Assembly (NCBI GenBank): GCA_029883965.1
Contig: JAOUIN010000001.1
Coordinates: 1-34,768 of the forward strand
Length of the DNA stretch: 34,768 nucleotides
Direction: 5' to 3'
Origin: Betaproteobacteria bacterium
Lineage (GTDB): Bacteria; Pseudomonadota; Gammaproteobacteria; Burkholderiales; SG8-41
The first letter of the stretch is position 1. Each line of letters starts with the position of its first letter. Under the pieces are notes generated by a model. It saw only the letters and a list, made by a program, of their open reading frames with translations. It was not told the origin of the DNA and did not search any database. This document shows positions 9,712-22,605 of this stretch, piece by piece. A program made the position numbers and the translations under genes.

Positions 9712-11214
9712 TCAGCTTACGCGCTGCATCATATAAGCCGCCACCGCATGCTGCTCGGTCGGCGTCAGATGCAAGCCGCACTTGGTGCGACGCCACAGCA
9801 CATCCTCCGCGGTAGTCGCCCATTCCTCGGTGATGAACCAGTCGACTTCGCGCGCATACAGGCCCGGTCCGAAGCAAGTGCCGAGGTCGGCCAACGAAGC
9901 TGCGCCAGCCATTACCAGCGGCAGATTCGCGCCATGGCGTCGGACCAGCGCCGTGCGCTCTGACGACCGCAACCAGGGATAGTCACGCGCAGCCTGTTTT
10001 TCCGTATCTACCAGCCCGCCGGCGCCAAGATCGCCTCCGTCGAGCGGGGCGTGCGCGGTCCATCGCGCCTTCATGCGCGGAAACCAGGGCCGCATGGCGT
10101 CGACCGCTTCTTCAGCCAAACGCCGATAAGTGGTGATCTTGCCGCCGAATACCGACAACAGCGCATCCGTACCCGGTTCGCCGGTCATGCGCAGAACGTA
10201 ATCCCGGGTAACCTGCGAAGGATTCCCCGCACCATCGTCGAACAACGGTCGTATGCCGGCATAACGATGCACTACATCTTCTTCGGTTATGCTGCGCCGG
10301 AAATAGCGATTCACGGCTCGGCACAAGTAACGCACCTCCTCCGTGGTGGCAGCACATTGCTCGGGTGTACCGGGGAGTTCCACATCCGTGGTGCCGACCA
10401 GGGTGTAGTGCGATTCATATGGGTAAGCAAAAATGACGCGATGGTCATCGTTCTGCAGGATAAATGCGTGGTCGCCTTCATACAGCCTGGGAACAACAAT
10501 ATGGCTGCCTTGAACGAGGCGCAGTCCGAACGGCACATCCAAGGCTGCGACATCCGTCAGAAAACTTTTGGCCCATGGGCCAGCAACGTTGATCACGGTC
10601 TTCGCGGAGACTACCTCAGCAGGGCCCGCGGCAGGTTGCAGTGTCACCCGCCACAGCCTGGCCTCACGGTACAATGCCGTGCACGCCGTGCGAGTGCGAA
10701 TACTTGCGCCACAAGCCGCCGCGGAACGGGCCGTGGCGATCACCAGCCGCGCGTCGTCGACCCAACAGTCAGAATAGATAAAGCCGCGATCCAGCGCCGA
10801 GTTCAGGCCATTATTGTACGGTGGCCGCGAAAGGCGGACTGAAGCGGAACCGGGCAAGGTCTGTCGCCGGGCAAGCACATCATAAAGAAACAGTCCCACG
10901 CGAATCATCCATGCCGGCCGCAACTCGGCGACATGCGGCATAACGAAGCGCATCGGATGCACCAGATGGGGCGCGGCACGCAACAGCACCTCGCGCTCGT
11001 GCAATGCCTCTGCAACCAGGCGGAATTCAAATTGCTCCAGATAGCGCAGTCCGCCGTGGATCAACTTGCTGCTGGCAGAGCTGGTGGCGCCGCCAAGATC
11101 ATTCTTTTCAACCAGCAGCACCGAAAGTCCGCGACCTGCAGCATCGCGGGCGATGCCGACGCCGTTGATTCCGCCACCGACCACCAGCAGGTCGAAGGGT
11201 GTGTCGATGCTCAT
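9712..11214 (-). CDS. glpD: FAD-dependent (aerobic-type) glycerol-3-phosphate dehydrogenase
   Basis: 500 aa. The N-terminus DLLVVGGGINGVGIARDAAGRGLSVLLVEKNDLGGATSSASSKLIHGGLRYLE closely resembles the E. coli GlpD N-terminal FAD fold. Confidence 0.9.
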   Translation of the reverse strand: MSIDTPFDLLVVGGGINGVGIARDAAGRGLSVLLVEKNDLGGATSSASSKLIHGGLRYLEQFEFRLVAEALHEREVLLRAAPHLVHPMRFVMPHVAELRPAWMIRVGLFLYDVLARRQTLPGSASVRLSRPPYNNGLNSALDRGFIYSDCWVDDARLVIATARSAAACGASIRTRTACTALYREARLWRVTLQPAAGPAEVVSAKTVINVAGPWAKSFLTDVAALDVPFGLRLVQGSHIVVPRLYEGDHAFILQNDDHRVIFAYPYESHYTLVGTTDVELPGTPEQCAATTEEVRYLCRAVNRYFRRSITEEDVVHRYAGIRPLFDDGAGNPSQVTRDYVLRMTGEPGTDALLSVFGGKITTYRRLAEEAVDAMRPWFPRMKARWTAHAPLDGGDLGAGGLVDTEKQAARDYPWLRSSERTALVRRHGANLPLVMAGAASLADLGTCFGPGLYAREVDWFITEEWATTAEDVLWRRTKCGLHLTPTEQHAVAAYMMQRVS

Positions 11215-11224
11215 GGCAGCAGTG

Positions 11225-11253
11225 ACAAAAAAGGGCGGCTAAAAGCCGCCCTT
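11225..11253 (-). terminator. Rho-independent terminator downstream of atpC
   Basis: On the minus strand it reads AAGGGCGGC-TTTTA-GCCGCCCTT followed by TTTTTTGT. That is a 9-bp GC-rich stem, a 5-nt loop and a T-run, 27 nt after the atpC stop. Confidence 0.75.
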
Positions 11254-11279
11254 CATGTTCATCGTGCGCGAATAAAAGC

Positions 11280-11705
11280 TCAACGTTTCCCGCGCAGCTT
11301 CCGGATCGAGGCAAGCTGTGCGGCCAGCATCGCGAGTTCCGCCTCGACAGTGGCCACTTCCTGCTTCCCTTGGGCGGTCTTGCGCGCTTCCTCCGCCTGC
11401 TTCAGTGCCTCCATTGCTTTGGCTTCGTCGAGGTCTGCCCCGCGTATCGCCGTATCGGCCAGCACGGTTACAACCTTGGGCTGCACTTCAAGCACCCCCC
11501 CGGCGACAAAAATGAGCTCTTCATCGCCGCCGCCTGCGGGCTTGATACGCACCTCACCCGGCTTGATGCGGGTAATCAGCGGCGTGTGCCGCGGATATAT
11601 GCCGAGTTCGCCGGCCTCACCGGGCAGCACAACGAATTCCGCCTCGCCGGAATAGATCTGCTCTTCCGCGCTGACGACGTCGACGTGCATGGTGTGAGTG
11701 GTCAT
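11280..11705 (-). CDS. atpC: F1Fo ATP synthase subunit epsilon
   Basis: 141 aa, last gene of the atp operon, with typical epsilon beta-sandwich N-terminus ([36 protein letters not shown]) and a helical C-terminus. Confidence 0.95.
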   Translation of the reverse strand: MTTHTMHVDVVSAEEQIYSGEAEFVVLPGEAGELGIYPRHTPLITRIKPGEVRIKPAGGGDEELIFVAGGVLEVQPKVVTVLADTAIRGADLDEAKAMEALKQAEEARKTAQGKQEVATVEAELAMLAAQLASIRKLRGKR

Positions 11706-11717
11706 AATAAATCTGCC

Positions 11718-13127
<1,410 letters not shown>

Positions 13128-13151
13128 CTAAATCAAAATTTGGTCAAACAA

Positions 13152-14015
13152 TCAAACTGCAGCCGCGCCGCCGACGATTTCGGACAGCTCTTTCGTAATC
13201 GAAGCCTGCCGCGACTTGTTGTAAATCAGTGTCAATTCGTCGATCACGCTGCCGGCGTTATCCGATGCCGCCTTCATTGCCACCATACGCGCCGACTGCT
13301 CTGATGCCATATTTTCAGAAACACCCGTGTAAATCAGCGCTTCGATGTACCGCGTCAACACCTGGTCCAGCACCGCCTTGGCATCCGGTTCGTAGATGTA
13401 ATCCCACGAACCCTCCGGTGTGCCCAACGCCTCGCCCGACAACGGCAGCAACTGTTCAACCACCGGCTCCTGCTTCATCGTATTGATGAATTTGGTATAA
13501 ATGATCATCAAACGGTCGAAGCGATCCTCCATATAACCGTCGAGCATGATCTTGACGGCGCCGATCAGCTTATCCAACTGCGGCTGGTCGCCCATCCCGG
13601 TGACCTGTGAGGAGATGTTGGCGCCGAGTCGCTGCATGAAGCCCAGCCCTTTGTTACCCAGCGTACAGACTTCGACTTCCTCGCCCTGACTTTCCCATTC
13701 CTTGATCTTGTTCAGCGCCAACCGCAGCGCGTTCGTGTTCAGGCCACCGCAAAGTCCCTTGTCCGTAGTGACGACGATGATACCGATGCGTTTGACCGAA
13801 TCGCGCTGCACCAGGAACGGATGCTTGTACTCCGGATTTGCATGGCTGATATGCGCAGCAACGTTACGGATCTTTTCGCCGTAAGGCCGCGACATGCGCA
13901 TGCGTTCCTGCGCACGGCGCATTTTTGAAGCCGCAACCATTTCCATCGCCTTGGTGATCTTGCGCGTATTCTGTACGCTCTTGATCTTGGTGCGGATTTC
14001 CTTGGAGCCTGGCAT
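13152..14015 (-). CDS. atpG: F1Fo ATP synthase subunit gamma
   Basis: 287 aa with N-terminal [31 protein letters not shown] and C-terminal [15 protein letters not shown], both canonical gamma termini. Confidence 0.96.
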   Translation of the reverse strand: MPGSKEIRTKIKSVQNTRKITKAMEMVAASKMRRAQERMRMSRPYGEKIRNVAAHISHANPEYKHPFLVQRDSVKRIGIIVVTTDKGLCGGLNTNALRLALNKIKEWESQGEEVEVCTLGNKGLGFMQRLGANISSQVTGMGDQPQLDKLIGAVKIMLDGYMEDRFDRLMIIYTKFINTMKQEPVVEQLLPLSGEALGTPEGSWDYIYEPDAKAVLDQVLTRYIEALIYTGVSENMASEQSARMVAMKAASDNAGSVIDELTLIYNKSRQASITKELSEIVGGAAAV

Positions 14016-14064
14016 ATCTTAACTTATTGATTTTAAACGTTAATTTGTCAGTTCTGGGCGCCGC

Positions 14065-15606
14065 TCAATATGAGCCGTTCTGTTTCCAGTCCTTGATTGC
14101 GGCGGTCAGCTTTTCTTCGTCGTCCTTGATCAGGTCCTTGGTGTCTTCGATGCGTTGCACCAGATCGCCAAACTTGGCCTTGACGTAATCGCGCATGGAC
14201 TTTTCGGCAGCCAGAGCTTTTTTCACATCGACATCGTCAAAGTAACCACCATTGACGGCAAACAGCAGCAAGGCCATTTCCCAAACCTGCAGCGGCTCGT
14301 ACTGTGGCTGCTTCATCAGCTCAGTCACCAGACGTCCGCGCTCCAGCTGCTTGCGCGTGGTTTCGTCCAGGTCCGACGCGAATTGCGCGAATGCCGCCAG
14401 TTCGCGGTACTGGGCCAGCGCCAGGCGCACGCCACCGCCCAGCTTCTTGATCACCTTGGTCTGCGCAGCGCCGCCAACCCGGGACACGGAGACGCCGGCG
14501 TTGATGGCAGGGCGGATACCCGCGTTAAACAAGTCGCTTTCCAGAAAGATCTGGCCGTCGGTAATCGAAATCACGTTGGTCGGCACGAAAGCGGTCACGT
14601 CACCCGCCTGGGTTTCAATGATCGGCAGTGCCGTCAGTGAACCGGTTTTGCCTTTGACCTCGCCCTTGGTAAATTTTTCGACGTAATCCTCATTTACGCG
14701 CGCGGCACGCTCGAGCAGGCGCGAGTGCAGGTAAAACACATCGCCTGGATAGGCTTCGCGGCCCGGCGGCCGGCGCAGCAGCAGCGACACCTGCCGATAG
14801 GCCCAGGCCTGTTTGGTCAGATCGTCATAAATAATCAGTGCGTCCTGACCGCGGTCGCGGAAATATTCGCCCATGGTGCAGCCCGAGTAGGGCGCAATGT
14901 ACTGCATGGCGGCCGATTCAGCGGCTGTCGAAGCAACGACGATGGTGTATTTCATCGCGCCGTGTTCTTCGAGCTTGCTCACCACGTTCTTGACTGACGA
15001 TGCCTTCTGGCCGATCGCAACATAAATGCAGATCAGGTCCTTGCCCTTCTGGTTGATGATGGCGTCGATGGCCACTGCGGTCTTGCCGGTCTGGCGGTCA
15101 CCAATGATCAGCTCGCGCTGGCCGCGACCGACCGGCACCATTGCATCGATGGCTTTCAATCCGGTCTGCACGGGTTGCGACACCGACTTGCGGGCGATCA
15201 CGCCCGGCGCAACCTTTTCGATGACGTCCAGCATTTTGGCGTTGATCGGCCCCTTGCCGTCAATCGGCTGGCCAAGCGAATCGACGACGCGACCCACGAG
15301 CTCAGGCCCCACCGGCACCTCGAGAATGCGACCCGTGGTCTTGACCGTATCACCCTCGGAAATATGCTCGTATTCACCGAGAATCACCGCGCCGACTGAA
15401 TCGCGCTCGAGGTTCAGCGCGACGCCGAAAGTGTTCTTCGGAAATTCCAGCATTTCCCCCTGCATCACGTCGGCGAGGCCATGAATGCGGCAGATGCCGT
15501 CGGACACCGATATCACCGTGCCCTGCGTGCGTGCTTCGGCGGTGCCGCCAAGGTTCTGGATCCGGCTCTTGATGAGTTCGCTGATCTCGGATGGATTGAG
15601 TTGCAT
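14065..15606 (-). CDS. atpA: F1Fo ATP synthase subunit alpha
   Basis: 513 aa with N-terminal [13 protein letters not shown] and Walker A GDRQTGKT; conserved F1-alpha sequence throughout. Confidence 0.98.
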   Translation of the reverse strand: MQLNPSEISELIKSRIQNLGGTAEARTQGTVISVSDGICRIHGLADVMQGEMLEFPKNTFGVALNLERDSVGAVILGEYEHISEGDTVKTTGRILEVPVGPELVGRVVDSLGQPIDGKGPINAKMLDVIEKVAPGVIARKSVSQPVQTGLKAIDAMVPVGRGQRELIIGDRQTGKTAVAIDAIINQKGKDLICIYVAIGQKASSVKNVVSKLEEHGAMKYTIVVASTAAESAAMQYIAPYSGCTMGEYFRDRGQDALIIYDDLTKQAWAYRQVSLLLRRPPGREAYPGDVFYLHSRLLERAARVNEDYVEKFTKGEVKGKTGSLTALPIIETQAGDVTAFVPTNVISITDGQIFLESDLFNAGIRPAINAGVSVSRVGGAAQTKVIKKLGGGVRLALAQYRELAAFAQFASDLDETTRKQLERGRLVTELMKQPQYEPLQVWEMALLLFAVNGGYFDDVDVKKALAAEKSMRDYVKAKFGDLVQRIEDTKDLIKDDEEKLTAAIKDWKQNGSY

Positions 15607-15617
15607 GTCTTGCGCTC

Positions 15618-16166
15618 CTAATGGGTAAGCGTGGCGGCCATTGCATCCAGCCTGCCGCGCACCGTTGCATCGATGACTTTGTCGCCGACGACGATTTTCA
15701 CGCCGCCGATCAGCTGGGGATCAACGTCAACCTTCGTCGTGATCCTGCGCTTGAATTTGGTTTCCAGGCCGGCGACCAGCGTTTTCACCTGCTCATCGCT
15801 GATCGGCAATGCCGAAATCACATGGGCCTCGAGCACACCTTCCTGCTCACGCTTCAGATTTTCATACAACTCGCGAATCTGCGACGTTACGTCGAGGCGG
15901 CCGTTCTGCACCAGCACCTGAACGAAATTGCGCGCTTCCTTCGCAACTGACGCATCGAAGTTCTCACCGATCACGCCGAGAACCAGCCCCTCGAGCTTTT
16001 GCGTACTGACATTCGGGTCGGTAATGACCGACTTTACGCGCGCATCGGCTATAACGGCATCAAGATCGGCCAGCGCATCCGACCAGGCCGCCAGGGCTTT
16101 CTGCTCGCGTGCAAGCTTGAAAACCGCTTCCGCGTAGGGACGTGCAATGGTAACCGGTTCAGCCAT
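15618..16166 (-). CDS. atpH: F1Fo ATP synthase subunit delta (OSCP)
   Basis: 182 aa with N-terminal [14 protein letters not shown] typical of delta/OSCP, in the expected position between atpF and atpA. Confidence 0.9.
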   Translation of the reverse strand: MAEPVTIARPYAEAVFKLAREQKALAAWSDALADLDAVIADARVKSVITDPNVSTQKLEGLVLGVIGENFDASVAKEARNFVQVLVQNGRLDVTSQIRELYENLKREQEGVLEAHVISALPISDEQVKTLVAGLETKFKRRITTKVDVDPQLIGGVKIVVGDKVIDATVRGRLDAMAATLTH

Positions 16167-16184
16167 GTGGAATGAGTGTCCGGT

Positions 16185-16655
16185 TTAGAGTTGGCGTTGA
16201 ACCGCGGCCAGCATTTCTGCATGCGCCTTGGCATCGACTTCGCGTTTGAGGATCTGCTCGGCTCCGGCGACCGCGAGCACGGCAACCTGCGCCCGCAGGG
16301 ATTCCTTGGCGCGGGAGACTTCCTGGTCAATTTCCGCCTTGGCGCCGGCAACCAGCCGGTCGCCTTCCGTCCGGGCAGCAGACTTCGCTTCTTCGATCAT
16401 CTGGCTGGCGCGCTTTTCCGCCTGCGCAACGATCTCGCTGGCGCGCCCGCGCGCCTGAGCGATCGCCTCGTCAGCCTGTTTGGCGGAACGTTCCAGTGAC
16501 TGTTTGCCTTCTTCAGCAGCAGCAAGCCCGTCCGCGATCTGCTTCTGGCGCGCTTCGATCGCCCTGATCAGATACGGCCAGATCAGCGTCTTGCAAAACC
16601 AGATGAAGACAAAGAACGTGACTGCCTGCGCAATCATCGTGACGTTTAGGTTCAT
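16185..16655 (-). CDS. atpF: F1Fo ATP synthase subunit b
   Basis: 156 aa with a single N-terminal transmembrane helix, then a long charged Ala/Glu/Lys/Arg-rich coiled coil ([18 protein letters not shown]...). Operon position supports the call. Confidence 0.9.
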   Translation of the reverse strand: MNLNVTMIAQAVTFFVFIWFCKTLIWPYLIRAIEARQKQIADGLAAAEEGKQSLERSAKQADEAIAQARGRASEIVAQAEKRASQMIEEAKSAARTEGDRLVAGAKAEIDQEVSRAKESLRAQVAVLAVAGAEQILKREVDAKAHAEMLAAVQRQL

Positions 16656-16664
16656 GACTTTCCC

Positions 16665-17006
<342 letters not shown>

Positions 17007-17813
17007 TTAATGACTTTCGTGCGCCATCGCCATATATACAGCGGTGAGCATCATGAAAATATAGGCTTGCAGCAGGACAATAAGAATGTGGAAAATTGCC
17101 CAGCCCAGTGCCAGCACGCCTCCGAACACCGAGCCGACCAGACCCGTTGCTGCCCACATCCACAGCAGCATGAAAATAATCTCGCCGGCATAAATGTTGC
17201 CGTAGAGCCGCAACGAATGCGACAGCGGCTTCGAGATGTATTCGACCAGATTAAACAGGAAATTGAATACCCACAGCAGCGGGTTACTGCCGAACGGCGT
17301 GCAGAATAATTCGTGCGTCCACCCGCCGATTCCCTTGACCTTGACGTTGTAGAACAACATCAGCCCCCACACGGACAGCGCCAGGGCAAAGGTGGTATTG
17401 ATGTCGGAAGTCGGCACCGGCTTCCATTCATGCTGCTGCAGAACATTGCTGGTAAACGCCGCGGCCAGATCGACCGGGATGAAGTCCATCGAATTCATCA
17501 GCAGCACCCACACAAACACGGTCAGTGCCAGCGGACCGACAAAGGCCCGGTTGCCATGAAAAATGCCCTTGACCTGATCATCGACAAACTCGATCAGCAT
17601 TTCGACTACCGCCTGGCGCTTGTTGGGCACGCCTGAAGTTGCGCCACGGACAACCCACCACAGAAAACCGAAGCCGACCACGCCAAGCATGACCGCGGTC
17701 AGGAAAGTATCCAAATGCAGCGTCCAGAACGGGCTGTCGCCCAGCGAAACGGTGCGATTGGTGAGATGATGACCAATGTAACTGGTCGGCGTCAGTTCCT
17801 GTCCTGCGGCCAT
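17007..17813 (-). CDS. atpB: F1Fo ATP synthase subunit a
   Basis: Polytopic membrane protein with the conserved [13 protein letters not shown] motif (essential Arg). I prefer the ATG at 17813 (MAAGQELTP...), which lies just downstream of the atpI stop. The track's longer ORF to 17864 would overlap atpI. Confidence 0.92.
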   Translation of the reverse strand: MAAGQELTPTSYIGHHLTNRTVSLGDSPFWTLHLDTFLTAVMLGVVGFGFLWWVVRGATSGVPNKRQAVVEMLIEFVDDQVKGIFHGNRAFVGPLALTVFVWVLLMNSMDFIPVDLAAAFTSNVLQQHEWKPVPTSDINTTFALALSVWGLMLFYNVKVKGIGGWTHELFCTPFGSNPLLWVFNFLFNLVEYISKPLSHSLRLYGNIYAGEIIFMLLWMWAATGLVGSVFGGVLALGWAIFHILIVLLQAYIFMMLTAVYMAMAHESH

Positions 17814-17829
17814 CTCTTGTCCTGAAATC

Positions 17830-18198
17830 TTATTCTCTGACCAAAATCGCCATCCGGAACACAATCACCGAAACAGCGAACGAAATAAAAAATGCCGCAT
17901 GCACGACGTCCTGATACGACGTCAGCACCCATCCCATCTGGAACACGATCAACACGATGCGGGCGGCTTCTGCCCGGAACAGCGTTCGCAGCGTATTACC
18001 CGCGGTTCTGATGCGGTTGCCCGACACCAGAATCGCATACGCACAGTCCGCGGTCTGGTTGATAAAGCCACCCAGCAGCGCAGATGCTGCACCATGCGCG
18101 CCGGCGAACACCGCTGCCAGCAGCCCCGATGCCAGCGTGGCGTAGATCTGCCACCGCATCGCGATACGCATGGGCCTGCTGTCTATGCGTGCAAACAC
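17830..18198 (-). CDS. atpI: ATP synthase protein I (small membrane protein)
   Basis: 122-aa hydrophobic ORF with about 4 predicted helices, directly upstream of atpB as in canonical atpIBEFHAGDC operons. Called from position and hydrophobicity only. Confidence 0.7.
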   Translation of the reverse strand: MFARIDSRPMRIAMRWQIYATLASGLLAAVFAGAHGAASALLGGFINQTADCAYAILVSGNRIRTAGNTLRTLFRAEAARIVLIVFQMGWVLTSYQDVVHAAFFISFAVSVIVFRMAILVRE

Positions 18199-18225
18199 CC
18201 GGTAGGCCCCTGAGCAAACTTGCGA

Positions 18226-18255
18226 ATTTTACTGGTTAGGCACCCACAACGTCAA
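18226..18255 (-). promoter_or_regulatory. Candidate sigma70-type promoter of the atp operon
   Basis: The minus strand reads TTGACG (18255..18250), an 18-nt spacer, then TAAAAT (18231..18226), about 28 nt upstream of the atpI ATG in the parB-atpI spacer. Sequence match only. Confidence 0.4.
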
Positions 18256-18283
18256 ACCGCATTGCATCGCACCATTCCGGCGC

Positions 18284-19138
18284 TCAACGGCTCAGGCGGG
18301 AAATCAGGCGATCAAGATCATCCAGGCTGGTGTAGTCGATCACGACACTACCCTTGCCCTTGGGTCTGGACTTGATCTGTACGCGGGTGCCCAGCTTTTC
18401 AGCGAGTGTATCCTGCAGCCGCATCACATCACGATCCACGGCAGGGCGGGGACGTCCGCCCTTGCGCACAGCGAGCGCTGCTGCTACGCGCTGTTCGACC
18501 TCGCGCACGGACAACCCTTTTTCCGCCGCTTCATTGGCGAATTCCACCTGACGCAAAGCGGGTAATGCCAGCAGCGCACGAGCGTGCCCCATATCGATGC
18601 GTCCCTCGCCCAGCAGATTCTTTACCGGCGGCGCCAGTTCCAGCAGACGCAACAGGTTCGTTACGGCCGCCCGGGATTTACCGATCGCGTCGGCGACGGC
18701 CTGATGCGTCAGGGAGAATTCATTGATCAGGCGCTCGATACCCGTAGCTTCTTCCAGCGCGTTCAGATCTTCGCGCTGGATGTTCTCGATCAATGCGACT
18801 GCCAGCGCCTGCTGGTCCGGCACATCGCGGATCAACACCGGCACACTGCTCAGCCCGGCAATGCGGGCCGCACGCCAGCGCCGTTCGCCCGCGATGATTT
18901 CATGTGTACCGCCGCCCACCGGCCGCACCAGGATCGGTTGCATGACGCCTTGGGCCTTGATCGATGCAGCCAGGGCATTCAGCGCTTCCTGATCCATGCG
19001 CGTACGCGGCTGATACTTTCCCGGTTGCAGCGCGGCCACGGCGAGCGTGGTCACGGCGTCGCCACCGCCGGGTGCGCGCGGCGTATCGCCACCCAGCAGT
19101 GCGTCTAATCCCCGACCCAATCCTTTGGCTTTAACCAT
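18284..19138 (-). CDS. parB: Chromosome partitioning protein ParB (Spo0J)
   Basis: N-terminal KGLGRGLDALL, ParB box IIAGERRWRAA, HTH region and C-terminal dimerisation domain. The ATG at 19138 is preceded by AAAGGTG. The track's ORF extends to a TTG at 19156. Confidence 0.95.
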   Translation of the reverse strand: MVKAKGLGRGLDALLGGDTPRAPGGGDAVTTLAVAALQPGKYQPRTRMDQEALNALAASIKAQGVMQPILVRPVGGGTHEIIAGERRWRAARIAGLSSVPVLIRDVPDQQALAVALIENIQREDLNALEEATGIERLINEFSLTHQAVADAIGKSRAAVTNLLRLLELAPPVKNLLGEGRIDMGHARALLALPALRQVEFANEAAEKGLSVREVEQRVAAALAVRKGGRPRPAVDRDVMRLQDTLAEKLGTRVQIKSRPKGKGSVVIDYTSLDDLDRLISRLSR

Positions 19139-19163
19139 AAACACCTTTGAAATCAATATGTTG

Positions 19164-19940
19164 CTATGTTTTTGCGCGGCTTAACATCTCACCCGCCAGT
19201 GCCAGATATGCCTGCGCACCCTTGGACGTCCGGTCAAACTCCAAAGCAGGCAGGCCATGGCTGGGCGCTTCCGCCAGGCGCACGTTGCGGGGAATAACCG
19301 TGCGGTACACCTTGTCACCGAAATGCTGCATCAACTGAGCGGAAACCTGCTGAGCCAGCGTGTTGCGCGGGTCGTACATGGTGCGCAACAGCCCTTCGAT
19401 TTCGAGGCCGGGATTCAAGTGCTCGCGCACGCGTTTTACGGTCCCCACCAGATCCGACAACCCTTCCAGCGCGTAATACTCGCATTGCATCGGGATCATC
19501 ACGGACTGCGCAGCAGTCAGGCCGTTTACGGTCAACAGATTCAGCGCCGGCGGGCAGTCGATCAGGATGTAATCGTACTCGGCAGCGATTCCGTTCAAGG
19601 CGTCTTTCAGCCGGGTTTCGCGGTGCTCGATATCCACCAGTTCAACTTCCGCTCCCGCCAGTTCGCGATTGGAAGGCAGCACATCATAGCCCGCGGTAGG
19701 GGCCCGTTGACGGACTTCAGCGATCGACTTCTCTCCCAACAACACGTGATACACGGTTGCCTGAAGGTTGCGCTTGTCGATGCCGCTGCCCATCGTGGCG
19801 TTACCCTGCGGATCCAGGTCAACCAGCAGCACGCGTCTGTGCGTCGCGGCGAGACTAGCAGCCAGGTTGACGCCGGTGGTTGTTTTGCCGACCCCGCCCT
19901 TCTGGTTGGTAATGGCAATGATCCGGGTCATCGCGGTCAT
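19164..19940 (-). CDS. parA: Chromosome partitioning ATPase ParA (Soj)
   Basis: Deviant Walker A IAITNQKGGVGKTTT and the conserved ParA/Soj core. Its ATG overlaps the rsmG stop (ATGA at 19937..19940). Confidence 0.96.
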   Translation of the reverse strand: MTAMTRIIAITNQKGGVGKTTTGVNLAASLAATHRRVLLVDLDPQGNATMGSGIDKRNLQATVYHVLLGEKSIAEVRQRAPTAGYDVLPSNRELAGAEVELVDIEHRETRLKDALNGIAAEYDYILIDCPPALNLLTVNGLTAAQSVMIPMQCEYYALEGLSDLVGTVKRVREHLNPGLEIEGLLRTMYDPRNTLAQQVSAQLMQHFGDKVYRTVIPRNVRLAEAPSHGLPALEFDRTSKGAQAYLALAGEMLSRAKT

Positions 19941-20560
19941 GCCGGCTGCAACAATGCAGCGTGACGTTCCGCACCCAGACCGGGCACCTGCAACACCACG
20001 ACATCCTGCAGCAAAAAGGTCTCCGGCACCTGCGCCAGCTCTTCGTGCGGGTAAACACCTTTCATCGCAATCACGATGCCGTCAGACTCACACAGCCGTC
20101 CCGTCAGCGCGAGGAACTCCGCCAGATCCGAAAACGCACGCGAAATCACGGTATTGAATTTAGCGTCCGGCATCCACGCTTCAACGCGATCACACACGAC
20201 ATCGACGTCGTCCAGTTCGAGTTCGATGACCGCCTGTCGCAGAAAAGTGGCTTTCTTGTGGCTGGCATCCAGCAGCGTGACCTGCCAATCCGGTCGGGCC
20301 AAAGCCAGTGGAATTCCCGGAAGTCCCGCGCCGGTGCCGACATCAAGTACGCGCGGGCCGCGTACATACGGCAGGACCGAGAGCGAATCCAGCAGATGGT
20401 GGGTCAGCATTTTTGCCGGCTCGCGTACGGCCGTCAGGTTATACGCCTTGTTCCACTTTTCGATGAGGGTCAGGTAAGCCAGCATGCGCTGCTGTGCGCG
20501 GATCGAAACATCAATGCCGAGCACCGTGATCCCGGCGGCCAGTTCGTGCGCGAGGTTCAT
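19937..20560 (-). CDS. rsmG: 16S rRNA (guanine527-N7)-methyltransferase RsmG (GidB)
   Basis: 207 aa with SAM-binding motif [20 protein letters not shown] overlap with the mnmG stop at 20557..20560. Confidence 0.93.
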   Translation of the reverse strand: MNLAHELAAGITVLGIDVSIRAQQRMLAYLTLIEKWNKAYNLTAVREPAKMLTHHLLDSLSVLPYVRGPRVLDVGTGAGLPGIPLALARPDWQVTLLDASHKKATFLRQAVIELELDDVDVVCDRVEAWMPDAKFNTVISRAFSDLAEFLALTGRLCESDGIVIAMKGVYPHEELAQVPETFLLQDVVVLQVPGLGAERHAALLQPA

Positions 20561-22467
20561 GCGCTTTTCTTTAACGCGAGTGCAGCGCGCTTCAAATGCA
20601 CCAGCAAGACAGAAATCGCTGCCGGCGTAACGCCCGAAACCCGGGATGCCTGGCCGATGGTTTCCGGTTTCGCATGGTTGAGTTTCTGTTGCGCCTCGAT
20701 CGACAGGCCGCGCACCTGCGCATAGTCAAGATCGTGCGGCAACTGCAAATCTTCCTGTTGCGCACGGTGCTCGATTTCGCTGTGCTGGCGATCGATGTAA
20801 CCCTGGTACTTCGCCTGTATTTCCACCTGTTCGGCCACCTGTTCGTCGGCCGTTCCCGGGGCAGCCCCGGGCAGAGTCATCAACGCGGCATAAGTGATCT
20901 CGGGCCGCCGGAGCAAATCCGACAGCGCGTGCTCATGCTCAAGCGGTTTGCCGAACAGCCGGGTGGCGAACTCCGCGGGCAGCGTTTGCGGATGGACCCA
21001 GACGGATTTCAACCGTTCCTGTTCCCGTGCAATCGCGTCGCGCTTGCGTGCAAAGGTCTCCCACCGAAGATCTTCGACCACGCCCAAGCGGCGCCCGGCT
21101 TCTGTCAGCCTCAGGTCGGCATTGTCTTCGCGCAGGGACAGGCGATACTCGGCGCGGCTGGTGAACATGCGGTACGGCTCCGACACGCCGCGGGTAATCA
21201 GGTCATCAACGAGTACGCCCAGATAAGCCTGATCACGCTTCGGATACCAGCCTGCATCACCGCGGACCTGTCGCGCCGCATTGACGCCGGCCAAAAGCCC
21301 CTGGGCTGCGGCCTCCTCATAGCCCGTGGTGCCGTTAATCTGGCCGGCGAAAAACAAACCTGAGATCGCCTTGGTTTCCAGCGTCGCCTTTAAGCCGCGC
21401 GGGTCGAAATAATCGTATTCAATCGCATAACCCGGCCGCGTAATGTGCGCGTTTTCGAGGCCCTGGATCGAGCGCACGACGGCAAGCTGCACGTCAAACG
21501 GCAAGCTGGTCGATATGCCATTGGGATAATACTCGGAGACGCTCAGGCCTTCAGGTTCGAGAAAAATCTGGTGTGAAGCCTTGTCGGCAAAGCGGTGGAT
21601 CTTGTCCTCGATGGACGGGCAGTAGCGCGGCCCTACGCCTTCGATAACGCCGGTGAACATCGGCGATCGATCCAGTCCACCACGAATCGCGTCATGCGTG
21701 CGCTCGTTGGTATGGGTAATCCAGCATGACATCTGTTGCGGATGCTGCGCACGGCGGCCGAGAAACGAAAACACCGGCACAGGGTCGTCGCCCGGCTGCT
21801 CAGTCAATTTCGAAAAATCGATGGACCGCCCGTCAATGCGGGGCGGTGTGCCGGTTTTCAGCCGCCCGACCGGCAAATTCAGTTCACGCAACCGACCGGC
21901 GAGGCTTACCGACGGCTGATCGCCCGCCCTGCCGCCCTGATAGTTCTGCAATCCGACATGAATCAGTCCCGACAAGAACGTGCCCGCTGTCAAGACAACC
22001 GCGTCTGCATCGAAATGCAGGCCGATTTGAGTCACGACACCGGTTACACGATCGCCCTGCACAAGCAGATCATCGACCGCCTGCTGAAAAACCGACAAAT
22101 TGGCCTGCTGCTCGATCCGGTTCCGAATTGCCTGGCGATACAACACCCGGTCGGCTTGGGCGCGGGTTGCCCTGACCGCCGGGCCTTTGCGTGAATTGAG
22201 GATGCGGAATTGAATGCCGGCCTCGTCGGTCGCCGCAGCCATCGCACCGCCCAGCGCGTCTATTTCCTTGACCAGATGGCCTTTGCCGATGCCCCCGATG
22301 GACGGATTGCACGACATTTGCCCCAGCGTCTCGATGCTATGAGTCAACAACAAGGTACGACGACCCATGCGCGCGCTGGCCAGCGCAGCTTCGGTCCCGG
22401 CATGTCCGCCACCAATCACAATTACATCAAATTTTTCAGGATATTGCGTCATATTGCGCTGCAGCAT
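20557..22467 (-). CDS. mnmG: tRNA uridine-5-carboxymethylaminomethyl modification enzyme MnmG (GidA)
   Basis: 636 aa with N-terminal FAD fold [18 protein letters not shown] and strong conservation throughout. An alternative ATG lies at 22452. Confidence 0.97.
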   Translation of the reverse strand: MLQRNMTQYPEKFDVIVIGGGHAGTEAALASARMGRRTLLLTHSIETLGQMSCNPSIGGIGKGHLVKEIDALGGAMAAATDEAGIQFRILNSRKGPAVRATRAQADRVLYRQAIRNRIEQQANLSVFQQAVDDLLVQGDRVTGVVTQIGLHFDADAVVLTAGTFLSGLIHVGLQNYQGGRAGDQPSVSLAGRLRELNLPVGRLKTGTPPRIDGRSIDFSKLTEQPGDDPVPVFSFLGRRAQHPQQMSCWITHTNERTHDAIRGGLDRSPMFTGVIEGVGPRYCPSIEDKIHRFADKASHQIFLEPEGLSVSEYYPNGISTSLPFDVQLAVVRSIQGLENAHITRPGYAIEYDYFDPRGLKATLETKAISGLFFAGQINGTTGYEEAAAQGLLAGVNAARQVRGDAGWYPKRDQAYLGVLVDDLITRGVSEPYRMFTSRAEYRLSLREDNADLRLTEAGRRLGVVEDLRWETFARKRDAIAREQERLKSVWVHPQTLPAEFATRLFGKPLEHEHALSDLLRRPEITYAALMTLPGAAPGTADEQVAEQVEIQAKYQGYIDRQHSEIEHRAQQEDLQLPHDLDYAQVRGLSIEAQQKLNHAKPETIGQASRVSGVTPAAISVLLVHLKRAALALKKSA

Positions 22468-22558
22468 CGCGAGATTTTTTGGGATGCGGCAAGTCGGCCG
22501 CGCATCATAGCGCAGATTAGGCGTTCAGCGGAAGCAGGTAGCGCCCCATCCAGGCGAA

Positions 22559-22574
22559 TGTTTCACGTGAAACG
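22559..22574. promoter_or_regulatory. parS centromere-like ParB binding site 1
   Basis: TGTTTCACGTGAAACG matches 15/16 positions of the chromosomal parS consensus TGTTNCACGTGAAACA. The inner 14 bp form a perfect palindrome. Confidence 0.85.
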
Positions 22575-22605
22575 ATACCAGGGCCCGAGCGGGCTTCGTT
22601 TTGAT

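Noticed and set aside
17814-17864. 17-codon extension of atpB overlapping atpI
   Set aside because: The ATG at 17813 follows the atpI stop and gives a typical subunit a N-terminus, so the longer form is unnecessary.
22580-22600. Small hairpin GCCCGAGCGGGC followed by TTCGTTTT between the two parS sites, which looks like a plus-strand terminator
   Set aside because: No plus-strand gene runs into it. The stem is only 4 bp, and on the minus strand, downstream of mnmE, it has no U-tract.
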